A stretch of DNA of 60,795 nucleotides, taken from Candidatus Odinarchaeota archaeon (lineage in GTDB: Archaea; Asgardarchaeota; Lokiarchaeia; Sigyniarchaeales; SOKP01). Made by a program: the position numbers and the translations under genes. This document shows positions 56,699-60,795 of this stretch, in pieces. The stretch spans positions 1 through 60,795 of the forward strand of contig JBHLPZ010000002.1 of assembly GCA_048885325.1 (NCBI GenBank). Direction: 5' to 3'. The number at the start of each line of letters is the position of its first letter. Positions within the stretch are counted from its first letter, which is position 1. A model generated the notes under the pieces. That model saw nothing but the letters and a program-made list of their open reading frames with translations, was not told where the DNA came from and did no database searches.

Positions 56699-58330
56699 CT
56701 ACTCTATTTTATTTAATTTTTTCATCCCAATATATAGTAATATTGTTCCTACTACGATATTGAAAGCAAAAACGGGAGTTAACATTACAATTCTCATCAT
56801 TATTACTGTCTTTGGATTGAAAAATATTAACATGAAGATGGGCATCATAATCGCTGGCTGCATTATAAGCATAGAAATCATAGAATTAGATTTCATATTT
56901 GAATCTTTTTCTCCAAAAGCGGGATTCAAACATTGTAGACCTATTGATTGAAGCATAGAAATTGGAATATTTGCTAGAAATAAAGAAAAGAATATAATTG
57001 CATCAAGAAGTCCAATTTTAGCGAATAGTGAGTGTAGAATAGTTATAAATAATGATATAAATAAACCTATTACTAGCATATTCATTATATAAGAATAAAC
57101 CAATCCCTTAATCCCTCTTGGAGATTTCTTATAAACCCATATAATGTCTTTTGAATTGATGAATATAAGATGACCTAACATTATACTTGACATTAATCCT
57201 CCTAGTACAATTAATATTGAGGAGCTCAGTATTATTCCTTTGTAGTCTTCCATTGTTGAAGATGTAAACCATGCCATAAATCCAACTAATCCTAATACAT
57301 AGGCTATTCTTGCGAGATTAGCTTTTTTCCTTAGAAATAATTTCATTTGAACTATCAATAATCCTCCGAATTTGCGTCCAGCAACTTTATATAACATTGA
57401 ATAGAAATAGTTTTCTTTTTTAGCTATCGAAGTGCTTTTTACACTTACTCCTTCTAAAGAGTAAAAAACATGCGCTTTCTTATATGAAAAATATAAAACT
57501 GTTAGAGGAATACAAAGAGCTAAACCGATACTTAACCAAATATTTAAAATGTACGAATTAAGTAGCAAAGGGTCAATTGCATGTAATATAATATTAGAAA
57601 ACCAAATTGATGGATAAAAACTTAGCCAATTCTTTAACTCCGGATTCATTAGTATCTCGTTGATAAAAAATATCACCGCATACATCATTATGACCATAAC
57701 AATCGTAAGAATCATTATTAATGCTTTTCCCCAATCTCGAGCACTTTCGCTTTTTGAGATTTTATGCTCTAACCAGCTAGAAATTATAGAACCAATTAAA
57801 TTAGCAAAATAAACAAGGCCAAATGTACACGTATATATAATAATATACTGAATTACCGTTAAATCTATAATAGGATTTATCATTCCAACTACTATTGGCG
57901 CGAAAATCAACACTGCAAAAGTATAGAGGGGTAACTTACCTAAAAATTCTCCAAGAAAGATATCGCTTGCTAAGACAGGAGAGGCTACCAATGATTCTTT
58001 AATTCCTGTTTCATCTTTATTATAGACGTTATTTAAAGGAAGCATTAATATGATTAAAAATAATATCATCATGAAAGATTCAGTTAAGAGGGCAATGACT
58101 GGTTTGAATATAACTCCGTATTGAGCTACTATAGTTGGCATGAATGAATCGAATAAGATTGGAGCTATAAAAAATGCCCATAGTATTAATATTAAATAAG
58201 AAAAAATAAAAAATCGTTTTCTATTGTTTCGAAAACTACTAGTTCTTAGCTTGATTTCGTTTTTAGCTATTGTTAGCCATAATTTTCGCTTATTTGCTTG
58301 ATAATCATATTCAGGTTCTAAGATAAGAAT
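56699..58330 (-). CDS. ABC-2-type exporter permease; proposed ATT start
   Basis: The protein is polytopic with more than 10 TM helices. The frame is open for 63 codons upstream of the track ATG at 58141 and contains an extra TM helix (RFFIFSYLILILWAFFIAPILF). The ATT at 58330-58328 lies 1 nt after the ATPase stop. Confidence 0.65.
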   Translation of the reverse strand: MLILEPEYDYQANKRKLWLTIAKNEIKLRTSSFRNNRKRFFIFSYLILILWAFFIAPILFDSFMPTIVAQYGVIFKPVIALLTESFMMILFLIILMLPLNNVYNKDETGIKESLVASPVLASDIFLGEFLGKLPLYTFAVLIFAPIVVGMINPIIDLTVIQYIIIYTCTFGLVYFANLIGSIISSWLEHKISKSESARDWGKALIMILTIVMVIMMYAVIFFINEILMNPELKNWLSFYPSIWFSNIILHAIDPLLLNSYILNIWLSIGLALCIPLTVLYFSYKKAHVFYSLEGVSVKSTSIAKKENYFYSMLYKVAGRKFGGLLIVQMKLFLRKKANLARIAYVLGLVGFMAWFTSSTMEDYKGIILSSSILIVLGGLMSSIMLGHLIFINSKDIIWVYKKSPRGIKGLVYSYIMNMLVIGLFISLFITILHSLFAKIGLLDAIIFFSLFLANIPISMLQSIGLQCLNPAFGEKDSNMKSNSMISMLIMQPAIMMPIFMLIFFNPKTVIMMRIVMLTPVFAFNIVVGTILLYIGMKKLNKIE

Positions 58331-58331
58331 G

Positions 58332-59162
58332 TTAAACCACCACTTTCTTTCCTTTTTTGACTTTTCTTTTTATTGTAATTTTCTTATTCAATTCGTCATT
58401 TTCTCTCCAACTTAAAAGATCTTCCATTTTATTAACTCCCATAACTTTAAGATACGCATCTTCTAAGTTTTTCGCTCCCATATTATCTATAATTTCTCTT
58501 GGGCTCCCTTCAATTTTCAAAATTCCATTGTTAATTATGCCAATCTGATCACATAATTCTTCAGCAACATCTAATTGATGAGTACAAATAAAAATAGTCT
58601 TATCTGCCCTCATAACAAGTTCTTTTATTAAATCTTTAACCATCCTTGCAATCGCTGGATCAAGATTTGAAGTTGGTTCGTCAAGATATATTATTTGTGG
58701 ATCTTGGATGAGAGCGGCACATAAACATACTTTTTGCTTCATACCTCGGGAATAGCCTTCTAAGAGATCATTTGCTCTTTCAGTTAATCCAAATAATTCT
58801 AAGAGTTCTTCAACTCTAGAGATTATAATATTTTTAGGTAAGTAATATAATTCTCCAATAAAGATTAAAAATTCTCTCGCACTAAGTTTTTGGTATAACC
58901 CAGGACTCTCTGGTAAGAATCCACTTATCATCTTCACATATTTCTCATGAGATTTAATATCCTTATCCGCGATGTAGATTTTACCTGAAGTACTTGAAAT
59001 AATTCCGTTTAGCATTCTAATTGTAGTTGTTTTGCCCGCTCCATTAGGACCTAATAATCCATAAGTCTTACCGTATGGAATTTTTAAATTTAATTTATTT
59101 ACTGCTAGAACACTACCAAAACTTTTAGTAAGTTCATGGGTTCTTATAGCATAGCTTTCCAT
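58332..59162 (-). CDS. ABC transporter ATP-binding protein
   Basis: 276 aa. Walker A is GPNGAGKTT, the signature is YSRGMKQK, and Walker B is IIYLDEPTS. A GGAGGT SD lies upstream of the ATG. Confidence 0.85.
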   Translation of the reverse strand: MESYAIRTHELTKSFGSVLAVNKLNLKIPYGKTYGLLGPNGAGKTTTIRMLNGIISSTSGKIYIADKDIKSHEKYVKMISGFLPESPGLYQKLSAREFLIFIGELYYLPKNIIISRVEELLELFGLTERANDLLEGYSRGMKQKVCLCAALIQDPQIIYLDEPTSNLDPAIARMVKDLIKELVMRADKTIFICTHQLDVAEELCDQIGIINNGILKIEGSPREIIDNMGAKNLEDAYLKVMGVNKMEDLLSWRENDELNKKITIKRKVKKGKKVVV

Positions 59163-59437
59163 TTTTTTCTACCTCCTTAATTTTATTAAAAACACTCTAT
59201 CACTTATTTCTACATTTTTACCTAAATTGAACTAATTACTATATTGTGAATTTGAATATTTTTCTCCTATTTAGAAGGATTTTCTCATAACCCTTCCAAG
59301 ATATAATTATAAAACAAAGTATTTAAATGTTGCGGAGTACTTTGCCAAGCAGAGTTAGATCAAAATTAATAAATAGATAGAAAAAGCTATTTTTTGATTT
59401 AAAAACTATTAAACTTATCTTTAATTTTATAATATTG

Positions 59438-60795
59438 ATGGAACGACAAGAGAATTCAGACTTAAATGTAAAGGATATTTCATTTATTAACAATATTAAA
59501 TCAATGGCAGTTATTGGGATTTCAAAAAAAAGGAATTTTTTCTTTTTAAAAAATCATCAAGAAAGTTTTAAAGGTGACTTATTTGCTGTTCATCCAAGTA
59601 TAAAAGAAATTCCAGACTTTCCAAAACAAAACATCTTTGCGTCACTTAAGGATATTCCAAATAAAGTTGATTTTGTTTTTATAGCTGTTCCAGCAAATAA
59701 AGTTCTAGGAGTTATTGATGATTGTGTTGAAAAAGGAGTGAAGTTAGCCAGTGTTTTTACTGCAGAATTTTCAGACGCTGGTACAGAAGAAGGGATTGCT
59801 TTAGAAAAAGAATTAATAAAAAGAGCTCAAAATAGAGTAAGGATTCTTGGACCTAATGGAATGGGGATCTTTTACCCTAAAAAGGGAATTACTTGGCGAA
59901 CAAATTTTCCAACTACTCCCGGAAATATTGGATTTATTGCTCAATCAGGAGGGATATGTAATATCGCCATTTATACAGCTAAAGAGTATGGTCTTACTTT
60001 TTCTAAGGTTTTTTCTTTTGGTAATGGAGCAGATTTAGATTTTATAGATTTATTTCATTTTTTGAGCAACGATCCTGATACAGATATTATTTTATCTTAC
60101 ATAGAAGGAATTAAACAAAGTAGAGCGAATGATTTAAGAAGAATTTTATCCAATAATAAAAAACCAACTATTGTTCTAAAAGGCGGAAAATCAAGGAGAG
60201 GTGAAATTGCTGCTAAAACACATACAGCTTCAGTTTCAGGAAATAATCATATTTGGAGTTCATTATTCAAACAATATAATTTGATTGAGGTAGATACTTT
60301 AGAGCAACTACTTAATGCTGCAAGAGTAATAGATTTTTATGGAATTAATAAAATAGAGAATATCGCAGTGTTTAGTATAAGTGGTGGTTATGGTGTTGTA
60401 TTAGTAGACTTAATTGAGAATGCAGGCATGAACGTCCCAGATTTCAGTCTCGAAATTCAAGAAAAATTAAAGAAAGAATTTTTCGTAAATGGAACTAGTC
60501 CTAGGAATCCTTTAGATGTAGCTGCTCAATTAACATATAGTGAGTCTGTTAAAAAAATAATCGATATTGCTCTATCAGATAAAAGTATTGATGCATTGAT
60601 AATGGATTTTCCAAGTTGGTATTTTAGTTATGATTTTTTTATATCTCCTGATAAGAACTATGAATCAAATATTATTGAAGCTTTAAGTTTAGGTCATAAA
60701 CATAAAAAACCATTAATTCCAATTATTCAACTCGCAAATACGCCAGATGATCAAATTCGAATTTCAAGATTATTAGCAAATAAAAAAGTTCCTGT
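59438..60795 (+). CDS. ADP-forming acetyl/acyl-CoA synthetase (NDP-forming, alpha region); runs off the window end
   Basis: My translation gives MERQENSDLNVKDISFINNIKSMAVIGISKK...ILGPNGMGI...GFIAQSGG...AKTHTASVSG. This matches a CoA-binding domain plus a succinyl-CoA-synthetase-like fold with a candidate phosphohistidine. The frame is open to 60795. Confidence 0.75.
   Translation, partial: MERQENSDLNVKDISFINNIKSMAVIGISKKRNFFFLKNHQESFKGDLFAVHPSIKEIPDFPKQNIFASLKDIPNKVDFVFIAVPANKVLGVIDDCVEKGVKLASVFTAEFSDAGTEEGIALEKELIKRAQNRVRILGPNGMGIFYPKKGITWRTNFPTTPGNIGFIAQSGGICNIAIYTAKEYGLTFSKVFSFGNGADLDFIDLFHFLSNDPDTDIILSYIEGIKQSRANDLRRILSNNKKPTIVLKGGKSRRGEIAAKTHTASVSGNNHIWSSLFKQYNLIEVDTLEQLLNAARVIDFYGINKIENIAVFSISGGYGVVLVDLIENAGMNVPDFSLEIQEKLKKEFFVNGTSPRNPLDVAAQLTYSESVKKIIDIALSDKSIDALIMDFPSWYFSYDFFISPDKNYESNIIEALSLGHKHKKPLIPIIQLANTPDDQIRISRLLANKKVP

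Noticed and set aside
1-60795. Search for rRNA or tRNA genes, CRISPR arrays and self-splicing elements.
   Set aside because: All intergenic spacers are short (100-380 nt) and uniformly AT-rich, without GC-rich islands. No regularly spaced repeats of 24-40 nt were seen.

Overview
AT-rich, gene-dense archaeal window, about 50 protein genes. No rRNA, tRNA, CRISPR array or transposase is visible. The archaeal assignment rests on several features together: ADP-forming acetyl-CoA synthetase, a multi-subunit 2-oxoacid:ferredoxin oxidoreductase, an eIF-2B-like protein, a TrmB-like regulator, and GGTG/GGAGGTGATC-type Shine-Dalgarno sites. A Rab-like small GTPase with no lipidation motif, HEAT/LRR proteins, and NIPA-like and SCP2 genes give it an Asgard (Loki-like) flavour, but I cannot confirm that without a search.

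Content by region:
- 1-4210: carAB.
- 4438-25064: a cytoplasmic two-subunit molybdopterin oxidoreductase, then a large acyl-CoA block. The block holds 3-hydroxyacyl-CoA dehydrogenase, crotonase, thiolase, MaoC hydratase-2, 4-hydroxybutyryl-CoA dehydratase, acyl-CoA dehydrogenase, acyl-CoA ligase, an SDR, a Zn-ADH and a TPP enzyme. pyrG sits inside this block.
- 25193-35735: an accessory-looking stretch with a HEAT+LRR protein, beta-helix surface proteins, a second AbfD paralog, a Rab-like GTPase coupled to a TrmB-like gene, and a HEAT protein.
- 35891-46185: hydrolases and transporters.
- 46293-50474: a crotonase and an OFOR cluster.
- 50679-60795: regulators, an MFS transporter, an ABC-2 exporter, and a partial ADP-forming acyl-CoA synthetase.

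Most interesting observations:
1. The OFOR beta subunit is a single intact ORF whose canonical halves are in swapped order, an apparent circular permutation.
2. A gene with Rab-family signature motifs, but with the catalytic Gln replaced by Glu, is translationally coupled to a TrmB-like winged-helix protein.
3. At least four genes (possibly five) have conserved N-terminal segments reachable only from ATA or ATT codons. In the four clear cases that codon sits 6-7 nt downstream of a GGTG Shine-Dalgarno core; the fifth has only a weaker AGGA-like site.
4. An 83-nt near-identical intergenic element is duplicated upstream of two envelope genes.
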